Shown in pieces: positions 63,280 to 64,000 of a stretch of DNA of 64,000 nucleotides (positions within the stretch are counted from its first letter, which is position 1; the number at the start of each line of letters is the position of its first letter). Origin of the DNA: a virus (Duplodnaviria; Caudoviricetes). Both the position numbers and the translations under genes were made by a program. The stretch spans positions 3,360-67,359 of the IMG/VR virus record IMGVR_UViG_2974752881_000001. The stretch is one strand, 5' to 3'. The notes below the pieces were generated by a model. It was not told the DNA's origin. It saw nothing but the letters and a program-made list of their open reading frames with translations, and ran no database searches.

Positions 63280-63700
63280 CGTGCCTGGAGGCATCGTGGT
63301 CGGCGGGTGCGGGGAGGGGTCTCCAGGGTAGGGGTCTCTCAGCGGCCAGGGAATGAGAGAAAAATCTATCTATCTATGGCCCTAGGGTGTGCATAGGAAA
63401 AATTTTTGAAACGTTTCAATGTGTGCTTACATGTGTGCCTGGAGGCATATAGATAGATAAGGGTAGGGGTCCTATATAGGGGTATTTATATGTATATGCA
63501 TATATGTATATTATATCTATAAATATATCTGAGATAATTGTTAGTAATTAATTCTTTTGAAACGTTTCAATTGACGCCAATAGATACATGCACATGCATT
63601 GATGCATATAGATAAATCATGATTGATTCATTCATTTATCAATGCCGGGGTACCCCCATGGGGGGGGTAGGTGGGGGTAGGGGTAGGGGTCTCATGTCAT
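63280..63700. other. non-coding AT-rich region with several repeat families (candidate origin or packaging-control region)
   Basis: TTGAAACGTTTCAA x2, TGCCTGGAGGCA x2, GGGTAGGGGT repeats, TTGACGCCAA at 63571, G-tract cluster 63660-63689. Confidence 0.75.
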
Positions 63701-64000
63701 GGGGCACATGGTGATTGATGGTGTGTGGTGGTGTGCAGTGTGCTGGCCCGGTGGTGTGATGCGGTGAGATCGGTTGCCCTGGAGGACGTGTGGTGCGTGG
63801 TGTGGCTGGAGGCATGGCGTCGGGGGAGGCCCTGAGATCGACGCTAGCCGGGTGTATGGCGGGTGCGGTGTGCGATGGTCGGCGGTGCCGTGCCAGGCCG
63901 TCAGCGTGGCCCTGACCTGGCAGTATGGCCGACCACAGGACGACGTGACCCCGGGGGTCTACCCCTCCCCGGGCCTGACGGCCGGGGGCCCGCCGCGTAC

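Noticed and set aside
1-64000. Integrase, CI/Cro, parAB, tRNA or tmRNA genes
   Set aside because: No tyrosine or serine recombinase motifs, no Walker-type ParA, and no cloverleaf-like intergenic sequence recognised by eye; tRNAscan-SE/ARAGORN were not run

Overview
The window is essentially a whole 64-kb, high-GC actinobacteriophage genome of siphovirus type. The gene set resembles Gordonia cluster CR (GRU1/GTE5-like) phages; this is an inference from gene content, not a database result. Layout: rightward small genes, an orphan HicA-like toxin, a displaced LysB-like esterase and an Mtd-type receptor-binding protein (1-9.8 kb); a rightward packaging/head/tail/lysis cassette (9.9-37.7 kb); a leftward replication/recombination arm (37.7-57 kb: primase-polymerase-helicase, two WhiB proteins, tandem-HTH regulator, RuvC-like resolvase, DnaE, SSB, AAA/Sak4-like ATPase, Cas4-like exonuclease, SNF2 helicase); a rightward accessory array (57.5-63.2 kb); and a repeat-rich, AT-rich non-coding end. 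I found no integrase, CI-type repressor, parAB, tRNA or CRISPR array. The most notable signals are regulatory. (1) Four tandem actinobacterial LexA/SOS boxes lie at 57124-57191 in the divergent control region, and two more identical perfect boxes lie inside recombination/replication genes, in a phage with no lysogeny genes. (2) A genome-wide TTGACGYCAA(N4-YACA) operator occurs at 13 sites, 11 of them in promoter-like positions in different registers. (3) The Cas4-like gene has a synonymously recoded duplicate N-terminus behind a decayed HNH, and a CCG-AGAT-CCG frame break that looks like either a translational hop or a lesion. (4) A cUUCGg hairpin buries the lysin A ribosome-binding site and contains an internal -10 element. 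(5) Repeated palindrome-hairpin-promoter-leader cassettes separate the accessory genes.
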